A stretch of 64,000 nucleotides of DNA. Source: a virus. The notes under the pieces are model-generated. The model worked only from the letters and a program-made list of their open reading frames with translations, was not told the DNA's origin and searched no databases. Below, piece after piece: positions 10,237 to 20,128 of this stretch (the first letter of the stretch is position 1; each line of letters begins with the position of its first letter). Location of the stretch: the IMG/VR virus record IMGVR_UViG_3300048577_000559; one strand, written 5' to 3'. A program made the translations under genes and the position numbers.

Positions 10237-10488
10237 ATGGAATTGCTCTTTGCCCAAGCCGACACGTTTGCCGATGCGATTGCCCTCTTGAAACAGTACG
10301 GGCCGTTGGTCCTGGTGACTGCCATTCTTCTCTGGCAAAGCTGGGTCCGGGAATGTCGCATGAACAAACGGATCGTGAAGCTCGAAGACGAGCAGCGCAG
10401 CGTGCTGATGCCGCTCGTCGAACGGTGTGCGGACGTAATCGCCCAGAACACCTTGATGATGGAGCGGCTGGAGAAGGCCCTAGAGTGA
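10237..10488 (+). CDS. Small membrane protein.
   Basis: 84 aa with a hydrophobic segment LVLVTAILLWQSW. Confidence 0.35.
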   Translation: MELLFAQADTFADAIALLKQYGPLVLVTAILLWQSWVRECRMNKRIVKLEDEQRSVLMPLVERCADVIAQNTLMMERLEKALE

Positions 10489-10494
10489 ATCGTG

Positions 10495-11007
10495 ATGCCC
10501 ATGACGTATCCTGCCAACCACGGATTGAATCAGCAGATTCGGCGCGTGCTCTATGCGCTGAAGCGTCAATACGGCGGCACGGTCACTATTTACCAGAATG
10601 GCTCGGTGACTACGGATACGAAGACCGGCGAAACGACCCGGACCAAGACGGCGACCCGGATTCAGCGGGCCGTCGTCCTGCCCGAGACCATTAGCCGCGA
10701 AGTGAAGCAGTCGATCTCGCTGATCTCCGCGAACAAGCAGATGGTCACGGGCGGCGGATACGAGGCGGGCAAACGGCTGTTCATCGTCGAGCGCCGCGAC
10801 TGCCCCAACCTGGTCTTGAAGCAAAGCGATTGGCTCGCCTACCACGGTCGCAAGTACGCCATCGAGAACTTCGAGGAGTACGAGTTCGATGCAGCCTACA
10901 TCATCCACGGCAAGGAACTGGTGGGCGAGTCGATTGGCGGCGGGGCGACGGTGATGGAAGCCGACAATTCCTTGACGCTTGCCGCTCAAGCCGAGGGGGA
11001 GGTGTAG
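10495..11007 (+). CDS. Head-tail joining or head-closure protein (hypothetical).
   Basis: ORF in the structural block between capsid and tail genes. Start at ATG 10495, or GTG 10492. Confidence 0.35.
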   Translation: MPMTYPANHGLNQQIRRVLYALKRQYGGTVTIYQNGSVTTDTKTGETTRTKTATRIQRAVVLPETISREVKQSISLISANKQMVTGGGYEAGKRLFIVERRDCPNLVLKQSDWLAYHGRKYAIENFEEYEFDAAYIIHGKELVGESIGGGATVMEADNSLTLAAQAEGEV

Positions 11008-11009
11008 TC

Positions 11010-11504
11010 ATGCCCGCCAATCCCAACTGGGCGCGCTGGGTGTTCGCCTCCGTAGCCACCTACTTGAAGCAAGTGGCCGAAGGCCAGCAGCTTCCCGTCC
11101 TGATCGAAGGCTTGGACGAGCGGACCACGGAGTTTATGAGCGCCACGGATCGGTGCGAGGTCCGCATCACGGGGCCGTTCACCAGGGAAGTGAGCCACGA
11201 CTGGTATCAGATCGAAGTCGTGGCGAACGTCCTGTTCGTGAGCCGCTACGAAGAGCAGAAGAACCAATACGCCATCATTCAGAAGACGGGCGTATTCCAG
11301 GAGGCAATGGACGCCAGCATCGCCGTCTACAAGTACGGAAGCGGGGCGGACGACGACGAGCATGTTCTTGTCGGCTGCCTCTCGCCGATCCAGGGCCGCA
11401 GTGACGCCATCCGCGTGATGCACTTCGGCCAGATCAATTCGACCGACCGCCTGAAACAGTCAATGGTAGACGCTCGCTACCGCATGGAGATTTCCACCAA
11501 CTAA
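11010..11504 (+). CDS. Neck or tail-completion protein (hypothetical).
   Basis: 164-aa ORF with a strong RBS GAGGGGGAGG upstream of ATG 11010. Confidence 0.35.
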   Translation: MPANPNWARWVFASVATYLKQVAEGQQLPVLIEGLDERTTEFMSATDRCEVRITGPFTREVSHDWYQIEVVANVLFVSRYEEQKNQYAIIQKTGVFQEAMDASIAVYKYGSGADDDEHVLVGCLSPIQGRSDAIRVMHFGQINSTDRLKQSMVDARYRMEISTN

Positions 11505-11523
11505 GTAAACGGAGAAACCGAAC

Positions 11524-12270
11524 ATGGCACGCATCGAATTGCGAGACTGCGATGTCATTTTGCAGGACGGCCTCGCGGGCACGGCGGCGGTCAACGAATC
11601 CGTCACCCCGCCCGAAGCGACCGACACCGACTTTGACATCGACACGATTGTCCTGAACACGGCCGACACCGATAAGGTGCCCGTGGGGGCGCGTTTCAAG
11701 ATTGTGGGCGAGACGACCCCCGTGTACCACACCGTCACGGCCCGCACCCCGGCCGACGCCGGCCCGACGACCAACATCGAGTTCGCGCCGGCCCTCGGCG
11801 CGGGCACGTATGCGGACGGCGCGGTGGTGACGTTCTATCCCCAGAATCTCGAAATCAAGATCGGGGAAGGAAACATCACCTACACCGAGCACAACGAGTA
11901 CGAGTACCTCAAGGACCGGGGCGACTTGGACACGGTGAAGGAAGGCGACGAAGTGCCGATGGACGTGAAGCTGGAGGCCGTCTTCGAGCACATCACCCAG
12001 GGCACGAGCGAGCCGGTCAGCCCGATGGACGCCCTGAAGGGCATCGGCGGGGCGGACGAGTGGGTGAGCGCGTCGAGCGACCTGTGCGAGCCGTACTGCG
12101 TGGACGTGGTGGTTCTGCACACGCCGCCCTGTGGCACGGCCCAGCTTGAGCGCGTGACCTTCCCCGACTTCCGCTCGGAGCAACGGGAGATCAACTACAA
12201 GGAGTCCACGATCTCGATTACGGGCAAGTGCAAGGCCACGGAACCCATCGTCGCGCGTGAGACGGCGTAG
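11524..12270 (+). CDS. Putative major tail (tube) protein.
   Basis: 248-aa ORF followed by a rho-independent terminator, directly upstream of the chaperone/tape-measure genes. Confidence 0.4.
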   Translation: MARIELRDCDVILQDGLAGTAAVNESVTPPEATDTDFDIDTIVLNTADTDKVPVGARFKIVGETTPVYHTVTARTPADAGPTTNIEFAPALGAGTYADGAVVTFYPQNLEIKIGEGNITYTEHNEYEYLKDRGDLDTVKEGDEVPMDVKLEAVFEHITQGTSEPVSPMDALKGIGGADEWVSASSDLCEPYCVDVVVLHTPPCGTAQLERVTFPDFRSEQREINYKESTISITGKCKATEPIVARETA

Positions 12271-12283
12271 TAGTGACAATTCC

Positions 12284-12308
12284 CCGGCCCTCTGAGGCCG
12301 GTTTCTCT
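12284..12308 (+). terminator. Rho-independent terminator after the putative major tail gene.
   Basis: CCGGCC-ctctga-GGCCGG stem-loop followed by TTTCTCT. Confidence 0.45.
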
Positions 12309-12335
12309 GGCCTCTTTCTCAAGAAGACCAGATAT

Positions 12336-12363
12336 GCGGTGCCGGCAGCGGTGCCGGCACCGC
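12336..12363. promoter_or_regulatory. Direct repeat plus a 16-bp perfect palindrome GCGGTGCCGGCACCGC upstream of the chaperone gene.
   Basis: gcggtgccggca repeated twice. The second copy forms the perfect palindrome 12348-12363. Confidence 0.3.
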
Positions 12364-12395
12364 AACTCTCTCATTCCTTTTAGCGAGGGAACAAC

Positions 12396-12923
12396 ATGAA
12401 GATTGCCGGTATCGACCCCAAATCGCTTTCCAACGAGGTGCTCCTCGTGCTGCCGCGCGGCGAGAGCGAGATTATCTTCCGCGCCAAGGGCTTGCCCGAC
12501 ATGGCGGAGTTCGAGGCCGTGTGCCCGAACCCCAAGCCGCCGGGCAAGTTCACCAAGGACGGATGGATTCCCAACCTCACCGATCCCACCTATCAGCAAG
12601 TGCTCAGTGAGTGGGCCAAGAAGCGGCTGGGCTACATGGTCGTCAAGTCGTTGGCCCCGTCCGAAATCGAGTGGGATACCGTCAAGGAGAGCGATCCCCG
12701 CACCTGGGCCAAGTGGGAAGAAGACTTGAAGAGCGCCGGCCTGACCCAGGTGGAGTGCAATCGCGTGCTGGCCCTGGTCCTGGAGGCGAACGCCCTGGAC
12801 GACGCCAAGCTGCAACGGGCGCGCGAGGTTTTTCTGCGTGGTCAGGGACCGATGCCCGAAGAGTTCTCTTCGCCCCTTATCGCACCGCCGAGTTCGCCGT
12901 CTGGCGAGCCTGCGAACGGCTAG
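12396..12923 (+). CDS. Tail assembly chaperone (gpG-like).
   Basis: 175-aa ORF between the major tail and tape measure genes. RBS GAGGGA. Confidence 0.45.
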   Translation: MKIAGIDPKSLSNEVLLVLPRGESEIIFRAKGLPDMAEFEAVCPNPKPPGKFTKDGWIPNLTDPTYQQVLSEWAKKRLGYMVVKSLAPSEIEWDTVKESDPRTWAKWEEDLKSAGLTQVECNRVLALVLEANALDDAKLQRAREVFLRGQGPMPEEFSSPLIAPPSSPSGEPANG

Positions 12924-13099
12924 GCATCCGGCCGCCGGGCGTCAAGCCGTCTTGGGACGAGTGCGGCGTTGAGACCCAGGCTTTGATCGTCGCCTTTGAC
13001 CAACTGCGAGGTTACGACGAAGCCGAGCGGGAGGCTCAACTGGCCGGGGCAAGGATGCCCTTCGCGGCGGCCCGGCCGGCGAAAGGGGAAGGTTCCTGA
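12396..13099 (+). CDS. Putative -1 frameshift-extended chaperone (gpGT-like fusion product).
   Basis: The overlapping -1 frame stays open to 13099 and encodes a protein-like C-terminal extension with no start codon of its own. A GGTTTTTC T-run at 12828-12834 is a candidate slip site. Confidence 0.35.
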
Positions 13100-13101
13100 C
13101 C

Positions 13102-13620
13102 ATGAAGTTCACGGCCCAGTTCTCCATTCCGCGCATCGACGTGGCGGCCTACCGTAATGCCCTCGATGGGCACATGAAGCACGCGATTGCCCAGGCGCTC
13201 ACGGAATGGCTGGAAGCGGTCTTGGGGGAGATTCCGGTGTGGAGCGGGGCATCGCGGGCGACCTTCGTGAAGCTCGCCCAGCAGATCGGCTACGGTCTGC
13301 CCGTCGCGCCGGCGGCGACCGCAACCGGCGAGCGGATCGACCGGACTTGGATGGGGACGGCACAGGGCGACGGCAAGCTGACGGCGGACAAGGACACCGG
13401 CGAGTACACGTTCAGCTACACGACGACGCTGCCGTGGTTGATCTGGAACGAGTACCACAACGCCAACGTCGAGCCGGACCCGACCCTCTTTCATCGTCTG
13501 ATTGAACCCGGTCCCTACAACTTCCAAGTCGTGGGTGCCAACGCCTTCTTACGGTTTGCGGAGAACGTGGACCTTCCCAAGGTCAAGCCTCATGTGCGTG
13601 TTGTGCGCGTGAAGTCTTAG
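13102..13620 (+). CDS. Hypothetical tail-associated protein.
   Basis: 172-aa ORF with RBS GGGGAAGG, between the chaperone and the tape measure. Confidence 0.4.
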   Translation: MKFTAQFSIPRIDVAAYRNALDGHMKHAIAQALTEWLEAVLGEIPVWSGASRATFVKLAQQIGYGLPVAPAATATGERIDRTWMGTAQGDGKLTADKDTGEYTFSYTTTLPWLIWNEYHNANVEPDPTLFHRLIEPGPYNFQVVGANAFLRFAENVDLPKVKPHVRVVRVKS

Positions 13621-13632
13621 CAAGGTGTTTCA

Positions 13633-16600
13633 ATGGCTGACGAAACCATTGTCAATAAACTCGGTTTCAGCGTCGAGGATGCTCTCAAGCAGCTTCAGCG
13701 ATTGGACTCCGCGCTGCAATCCTCGGGCACGGCCTTCCAGACGTTCGGCGAGCGGATGAACGCTTGGAACAGCCAGGCGGAGGGCGCGCTGAACCGGATG
13801 AAGGACATGGCCTCGGCCGCCTCGCGGCTGGCCAATTCGTTGGCGAAGATGGGCAACGGGCCGGCAACGCCGGCTGCCCCGACCGCTGCGCCCACCTCGA
13901 AGTTCTGGCTGCCGCCCGGCGTGGCAGAGGAGGTCCAGAAGGCCAACCAGACGATGGATCAGCTTGGCAACACGGCGGCCGAGGCTGGAAATAAGATGCG
14001 GGAGGCGGGAGCAAAGGGCAAGAATGCCGGCTCGGATGCCGGCGGCGCGGCGAAAGAAGCCGCTGAGAAGACCAAGGCGTGGACCGTCACTTGGGAGACC
14101 CTGACGCGGGTGGTAATGACCCAGGCCATCGTCCGCGTCTTGAGCCAGATTCGGAATCTGCTCCGTGAATCGGTGGACGAGGCGCTGAAGTTCTCCACGA
14201 AAATCTCGGAAATCCAGACCATTGCCCCGAGGATCGACCAGAGCTTCCAGGGGTTGAGCAAGGAAGTCGCCGACATCTCGCGGCAGTTCAACTTCCCGCT
14301 GCCCGACGTGGCCGAGGCGGTGTATCAAACGCTGTCCAACCAGTTTACCTCGGCGCAGCAACGTGCGGACATTATGACGGCCTCCGCCAAGCTGGCTAAG
14401 GTCGGCGTCATGGACTTGAATGAGGCCGTGCTCCTGATTACGGGCACACTCAACGGCTACGGCATGGCATCCAACCAGGCCGAGACGGTGGCCGCCAAGT
14501 TCTTTAAGACCATCGAGTTGGGCCGCACCCGTGGTGCCGAGTTGACGCCGGTGATTGGCCGCCTCGTGCCGATTGCCAGCGAGTTGGGCGTCAACCTGGA
14601 TGAAGTCAATTCCTCGATGGTCGCCTTGACCATCGGTTCGATGCGCGTCCCCGAGGCGGCGACCAGCTTCCGGTCGGCGATGGCAGCCCTTATCAAGCCC
14701 TCCGAAGACTTGAAGAAGGAGTTGCGCGCCCTGGGCTACGAGACGGGCCAGCAGATGATTCATGCCCTGGGCCTCCAAGGGGCGTTCCTAGCCCTGCGGG
14801 AGAGCGCGAACGAAGACGTGGCGGCCACCGCCAAGATGTTCCGCAACATCCGCGCCTTGAACGCCGAATTGCGATTGACCGGCTCGGGCGCGGAACAAGC
14901 GGCCGAGGCCATGAAGAAAATGACCGATGGCACGCTCACGGACAGCTTCAACGAGGTCTTCAAGACGTTCACCTCCACCGACGCCCAGCAGTACATGGCG
15001 GAGTTGAACAAGTTCAAGGTCTCTTTGGCCACGGAGGTGGGACCGGAACTGGTCAAGTTCCTTAGCACCCTCTTGAAGACGGCGGGCGGGGCGGAAGGAT
15101 TGGCCGCCGCGCTAAAAGGCATTGCGATGACGGCAAGCCAGTTGGCCGAGCCGCTGGCGATTGCCGGCGGGGCGCTGGCGGCGTTCTCGCTCCGCGCCAA
15201 GCTGGCGGGATTCACCGGCCTCGGAGGCGTCCTTTTCAACAACGTCGTTGCGCCGCTGAGCATGGCGGTGTGGACTACCGAATTCCTCGATCAGCGCATG
15301 GCGTCGATGCTTGACAATGCCAACGCGAACTTCCGTGCGAAGGTCGAGGAGACGGTACTGGCGCAGAGGAAGGCCGCCCAAGAGCGGCTGGACGCCGAGA
15401 TGAAGGTCTACGACGAAGCCGGCCGCCGCCTGGAACAGTACACGGCAGAGGTCCGCAAGGCGTACAACGCCCAGGTGGACCAGGCGCGGAAGACCAATGA
15501 GCAGTTGGTTGTCTCGTCGCGGACCACGATGCAGGCGATGATCTCGGCCCGCGAAAAGGTCGTGCAGCAGTTCCGCGCGGCCGCCCAGGACGCCAACAAG
15601 GCGGCCGAAGACTCCGTGAAGCGTCAGGCGGACTCGCAAGCCAAGCTGGACGACCTGCTCTTCAAGCGACGACTCGAAGAGCGGCAGAAGTACGACAGCT
15701 ACTACAAGAAGCCCGAAGTCACGTCGGATATGTACGGCCGGCGTGCGCTCGAACTAGCGCAGCAAGCTGCGGGCCTCTTGGCCAAGGCCGAGACCCCGGA
15801 CCAGGAGCGGACGGCCCAGGCGATCTTCCAGCGGGCGACGGCCTACGCCCAGGAAGCCGAGCAGATCGCCAAGGGGACGGAGAACGAGTGGCTGCGGAAA
15901 GACGCCGCGAACACCGTGGAGTCGATTATTCGCAAGGAGATCGACGCGGAAAAGGAACTTCAGCGCAACAGCGATTCCCGCGCCTCGGCGGCGGCCCAAG
16001 CGGCGGCCAAAGAGCAAGAGCGCGTGGACCGGATGAAGGTCTTGATGAAGGGTATCCTCACGGACCTGGACCTGTTCGATAAGCGTGGTCCGGTGGACCC
16101 CAAGAAGACGGCCGCCATGTCGGAAGACTTGAAGCAGAAGATGGCTTCCTTCAAGAAGGAATGGATGGACGGCACGGCTGATCTCAGCCTGGACGAGATG
16201 CTGAAGTTCGACGCCCTCAGCCAACGGGTCAAGACGGCCTTGGAGGGTGGCGTCTCGGAGGCAGAGGTCCAGAAGCTCTTGGCTGCGCCGAATGCGATTG
16301 ACGACTTGCGCAGCCAGATCGAGGCGGGCCTGAAGCCGGTGGATGTCTCCGTCCTGCTGCCCGTCGCCTCCCCCGACCTTGCCAAGAGACTGTTGGCGGA
16401 AATGCCTTTGCCCGACAAGGAGGCGTACCTCGCGCAGCAGAACGCTGCCTTCCAGAAGCAGACGGAACTGGTCAAGAAGCTCACGACCGAGCAGATCGCG
16501 CTTACGGAGGCCACGACTCGGCAGAAGGCGGCCGTGGGTGCCCTGGGCGCGAACAACGCAATCTACCAGGAAGGCATGGAGGAGACTTCGACCTTCTTGA

Positions 16601-17445
16601 TGCAAGCGGCGGCCAAGGCCAAAGGCGCGATCCTCGGCGGCGGGGACATCCAGAAGGAGACGAAGGCCCTGGCGGAGTTGGTCGGGCAGTTCCGGCAGTT
16701 GTCCGAGACTGGCGGCAAAGGTTTTGGCCTGAAAGAGTTTGAGGAATTGCAGAAGAAGGCCACCGCCGCGATGGCCATGCCCACTGTGACGGGATGGGAC
16801 CAAACCTTCATCACGAACCAGATGGCCAACTTAAAGTTCCTGGCCGAGCAGACGGAGGCGATGAAGAGGTTGCAGACGCCGCAGGGTCAGACCCGCGACG
16901 TGGAGGCGGAGTTGCTGAAAGCTCGGCAAGAGGCCGACCGCCTCAAGGAATTGATCGACAAGTTGAAGCCCCAGGCGGCGACCGAGATGGGTGAAGGCGC
17001 GAAGGCGGCACAAACGTCACTAAGCGCAATCCCGAGCATGGCGGGCCTGGTCGGCGACATCCAATCGGCAGCCACGGCTATGTGGGACTTGGCTGCCGCC
17101 TCGTGGAGCGTGCAAGCCCCGCCATCGGCCCTGACCGCTGCCAAGGGCCGGATCGCGTGGAACTTCTTGTCCCTTGGCGGCCCGGCCCAGGGCACAGACG
17201 TGATTCCGGCGATGCTCTCGCCGGGCGAGGTGGTGATTAACGCCGCCTCGGCGCGGCGGTTCGCCGCACAACTGACCGCCATCAATGCCGGCGTGCAGCC
17301 GGTCTACCGCAGCGAAGGCGGCAGCGTCACCAACATCGGTGACATCAACGTGAACGTAACCGGCGGCGGATCGAGCCGCCAAACGGCTCGGGAAATCGCC
17401 GCCGAGATTCGACGCGAATTGCGGCGCGGCACGGCGACCCTGTAA
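13633..17445 (+). CDS. Tail tape measure protein.
   Basis: 1270-aa Ala/Gln/Glu/Lys-rich, largely alpha-helical protein in the canonical position. Confidence 0.75.
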   Translation: MADETIVNKLGFSVEDALKQLQRLDSALQSSGTAFQTFGERMNAWNSQAEGALNRMKDMASAASRLANSLAKMGNGPATPAAPTAAPTSKFWLPPGVAEEVQKANQTMDQLGNTAAEAGNKMREAGAKGKNAGSDAGGAAKEAAEKTKAWTVTWETLTRVVMTQAIVRVLSQIRNLLRESVDEALKFSTKISEIQTIAPRIDQSFQGLSKEVADISRQFNFPLPDVAEAVYQTLSNQFTSAQQRADIMTASAKLAKVGVMDLNEAVLLITGTLNGYGMASNQAETVAAKFFKTIELGRTRGAELTPVIGRLVPIASELGVNLDEVNSSMVALTIGSMRVPEAATSFRSAMAALIKPSEDLKKELRALGYETGQQMIHALGLQGAFLALRESANEDVAATAKMFRNIRALNAELRLTGSGAEQAAEAMKKMTDGTLTDSFNEVFKTFTSTDAQQYMAELNKFKVSLATEVGPELVKFLSTLLKTAGGAEGLAAALKGIAMTASQLAEPLAIAGGALAAFSLRAKLAGFTGLGGVLFNNVVAPLSMAVWTTEFLDQRMASMLDNANANFRAKVEETVLAQRKAAQERLDAEMKVYDEAGRRLEQYTAEVRKAYNAQVDQARKTNEQLVVSSRTTMQAMISAREKVVQQFRAAAQDANKAAEDSVKRQADSQAKLDDLLFKRRLEERQKYDSYYKKPEVTSDMYGRRALELAQQAAGLLAKAETPDQERTAQAIFQRATAYAQEAEQIAKGTENEWLRKDAANTVESIIRKEIDAEKELQRNSDSRASAAAQAAAKEQERVDRMKVLMKGILTDLDLFDKRGPVDPKKTAAMSEDLKQKMASFKKEWMDGTADLSLDEMLKFDALSQRVKTALEGGVSEAEVQKLLAAPNAIDDLRSQIEAGLKPVDVSVLLPVASPDLAKRLLAEMPLPDKEAYLAQQNAAFQKQTELVKKLTTEQIALTEATTRQKAAVGALGANNAIYQEGMEETSTFLMQAAAKAKGAILGGGDIQKETKALAELVGQFRQLSETGGKGFGLKEFEELQKKATAAMAMPTVTGWDQTFITNQMANLKFLAEQTEAMKRLQTPQGQTRDVEAELLKARQEADRLKELIDKLKPQAATEMGEGAKAAQTSLSAIPSMAGLVGDIQSAATAMWDLAAASWSVQAPPSALTAAKGRIAWNFLSLGGPAQGTDVIPAMLSPGEVVINAASARRFAAQLTAINAGVQPVYRSEGGSVTNIGDINVNVTGGGSSRQTAREIAAEIRRELRRGTATL

Positions 17446-17474
17446 CCCCTTTTGTGAAGAAGAGAGGAAAACCC

Positions 17475-18083
17475 ATGAGCATCAGTCGAATGAGTGTTGG
17501 CCAGAACGCGGGTTGCAGCATGGTCCGCACCCGCAAGAGCGAAGATCAATTGCAGCCGCGCGGCCGGTTCGTGGTCGAGCATTTCCGCAAGGGAGAAAAG
17601 ATCGGCCACTACGAGTTCCCCAACGGGATCGCCAACGAGGGCAAGAACAAGCTCTTGGACGTGATGTTCCACGGCGTCTCGGCCATCACAACCTGGTGGC
17701 TGGGCCTGATCGACAACAGCGGCTACAGCGCGCTGGCTGCTGGGGACACCTACGCCAACATCGACCAGGCCGGCAACGGCTGGGACGAGTTCACCGACTA
17801 CACGGACCCGGCCAACGCCGGCAGCGCCAGTACCCGGCCCGAGTGGACGGAAGGCGCGGCCTCCGGCCAGGCGATCACCAACGGCGGCCCCGTGGTTTTC
17901 GACATCACCGACAGCGGGACGGTCAAGGGTCTGTTCCTAGTGGGCGGGGCTGCCAACGCCCAGAACAAGGGCGACTATCAAGCGGCCGGGGCCGTGCTCT
18001 GGGCCACCGCCCTGTTTGGCACCGGCGACGTGCCGGTCAACGCCGAGGACCAGTTGAAGGTGACGTACACCGTCAGCGCGTAA
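17475..18083 (+). CDS. Distal tail protein (hypothetical).
   Basis: 203-aa ORF with RBS AGAGGAAA, immediately after the tape measure. Confidence 0.4.
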   Translation: MSISRMSVGQNAGCSMVRTRKSEDQLQPRGRFVVEHFRKGEKIGHYEFPNGIANEGKNKLLDVMFHGVSAITTWWLGLIDNSGYSALAAGDTYANIDQAGNGWDEFTDYTDPANAGSASTRPEWTEGAASGQAITNGGPVVFDITDSGTVKGLFLVGGAANAQNKGDYQAAGAVLWATALFGTGDVPVNAEDQLKVTYTVSA

Positions 18084-18170
18084 CGGGACTCCCTCGCCAC
18101 AGGTCGGGCGGGGTCTTCGCTAAGAAGCCCCGCTCGGCCTTTCTTCGCCCTTTCTCTGTGAGGAATCACG

Positions 18171-19139
18171 ATGGCCTACGAACGATTCACAAACGGCGGC
18201 CTCTCTTCGCTGGACGCCGCCATCGACAACGATGATCTCGCCTTGACGGTGAAGTCGGCTGTCGGATTCCCCACCGGCGGCAACTTCCGCATCATCATCG
18301 ACAACGAGATCATGCTGGTCACGGACGTGCAAGGCAAGACCTTCACCGTCACGCGGGCGCAAGAGGGGACCAGCGCCGCCAGCCACGATGCCGACGCCGC
18401 TGTCTTTCATGTCCTGACCGCTGGTGCCTTGGCGCAGCGAGACATCGAGCAGTTCGCCAGCGGCGCGATCGCCAACCGCGATGCGGCTGGGCAGGCAGGA
18501 CGGCTCTATCTGCCGACCGAGGGCCTTGTCGGTCAAGACAACGGCATGGCCTGGGACATGATGCCTTACTGGCGCATGACGCCTCCAGCCAGCGGCGACT
18601 TCACCTGGATCAACCAGGGCAGTGCCACGGTAGCCGACACGAAGGGCATGATGGTCCTCTCGACCCCGAGTGTGGCGTCGGGCGAGAACATCCGGTGCCT
18701 CGTCAAGTCCGCGCCGGCGACTCCCTATGAGATTACCGTCGCCATGCTGGCCCAGAGTCCGGGCTACACCACGACGAATGTTTCGCAGTTCGGCATCTGC
18801 TGGCGCGAGAGCGGTTCGGGCAAGCTGCTCACCTACGGCTTTGGCACGCAGAACTATCCGCAGGGCTTCTTCTACACTCAATGGGCGAACCCCACGACAC
18901 CCACCAACCAGTTCGTCTACACCGCGCCGTGGAGTTGGCCGTTCTGGATTCGTTTCTCTGACGACGGCACGAACCGGATGGTGAAAATCTCGGCGGACGG
19001 GATTACGTTCCAGCCCGTCCAAGCTACGCAGGGCCGCACCGTGTATCTCACGGCCGATCAGGTCGGGGTGTTCGCCAATAGCTGGAAGAACACCCTCGCG
19101 GCGCGCGTCATTTCGTTCTTGCATTGGAGGGAAGCATAA
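18171..19139 (+). CDS. Tail fibre or receptor-binding-like protein, paralog 1.
   Basis: Shares a conserved N-terminal domain (GGNFRI.ID.EI..VT..QEGT..HD..A.V.HVLT.GAL, GRL.LPT.G) and the C-terminal motif FLHW with the next two genes. Confidence 0.5.
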   Translation: MAYERFTNGGLSSLDAAIDNDDLALTVKSAVGFPTGGNFRIIIDNEIMLVTDVQGKTFTVTRAQEGTSAASHDADAAVFHVLTAGALAQRDIEQFASGAIANRDAAGQAGRLYLPTEGLVGQDNGMAWDMMPYWRMTPPASGDFTWINQGSATVADTKGMMVLSTPSVASGENIRCLVKSAPATPYEITVAMLAQSPGYTTTNVSQFGICWRESGSGKLLTYGFGTQNYPQGFFYTQWANPTTPTNQFVYTAPWSWPFWIRFSDDGTNRMVKISADGITFQPVQATQGRTVYLTADQVGVFANSWKNTLAARVISFLHWREA

Positions 19140-20128
19140 TGGCGGAGCAATTCAAGAACCTCGCCAGCACCACGCTCAACGGAGCCATCAACGATACCGT
19201 TGAAACGATTACGGTGGTCAGTGCGATGGGCTTCACGGGCGGTAACTTCCGTATCCTGATCGACAGCGAGATTGTGAAGGTCACGGCCGTGAGCGGCCTA
19301 GACCTGACGGTCGTGCGAGGCCAGGAGGGGACCAATCCTACGGCCCACGACAACGCCGCCGCTGTTCGCCACGTCTTGACGGTCGGGGCACTGGACGCCC
19401 ACGACCAGGACGACTTGGCGGCCTACGACGCCTGCGCCAGCAAGCCGGCGGCCGGCGTGCCGGGGCGCATCTTCCTGCCGACCGATGGCATCTTCTTCGA
19501 GCGCGACAATGGCTCGATCTGGGAGAGGTTTGGCCCTTTGTGGCCCATGACTCCGCCGCAAGCCTCCGACTTCCCGACTTGGGTGAACCAGGGGACCGCG
19601 ACTATTGCGGACAACAAGGGGGCGGTCTGGCTCTACGCCCCTTATACCAGCAATACCCAAGTCCGTATGCGGGTGAAGGATTATCCCACCCCACCGTTCA
19701 CCGTAGAGGCGGCGTTCATTCCCTGTGTGTTTCCTAATACCGGCAGCGGAACGGGAGGCATCGGCATCCGGGACTCGTCCAGCGGTAAGCTCCAAGTTTA
19801 CGGGGTGACGAGTGCCTACATGGAGATTTGCGGCTACCGACTTGACAGTCCTACGGCGAGTTTCAACGGCATGACGGGCTGGCCAAATTCGGGTTCCCTT
19901 CACCTGCCCGAGTCGAACCTGATCTGGGTCAAGTACGAAGACGACAACACGAACCGCAAGATTTCGGTCTCCGTGGACGGCTATACCTGGACGCAGATGG
20001 TCAGCGTCGTCCGAACCGACCACCTGACTCCCAATCAGATCGGGATATGGACGAACGGCTATCCCGGCGGCGGTGCCAGCGGCTACGTGGACACGGGCGT
20101 CACCTTTCTTCACTGGAAGCAATACTAA
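19139..20128 (+). CDS. Tail fibre or receptor-binding-like protein, paralog 2.
   Basis: Paralogous to 18171-19139 and 20128-21117, with the same N-terminal domain and C-terminal HWKQY. Start at ATG 19139 after GGAGGGA. Confidence 0.5.
   Translation: MAEQFKNLASTTLNGAINDTVETITVVSAMGFTGGNFRILIDSEIVKVTAVSGLDLTVVRGQEGTNPTAHDNAAAVRHVLTVGALDAHDQDDLAAYDACASKPAAGVPGRIFLPTDGIFFERDNGSIWERFGPLWPMTPPQASDFPTWVNQGTATIADNKGAVWLYAPYTSNTQVRMRVKDYPTPPFTVEAAFIPCVFPNTGSGTGGIGIRDSSSGKLQVYGVTSAYMEICGYRLDSPTASFNGMTGWPNSGSLHLPESNLIWVKYEDDNTNRKISVSVDGYTWTQMVSVVRTDHLTPNQIGIWTNGYPGGGASGYVDTGVTFLHWKQY

Noticed and set aside
12611-13099. Independent 162-aa ORF in the supplied track overlapping the chaperone gene.
   Set aside because: There is no plausible start codon for the protein-like C-terminal part, and the N-terminal 70 aa are Arg/Gly-rich out-of-frame noise. 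It is better explained as a -1 frameshift extension of the chaperone.
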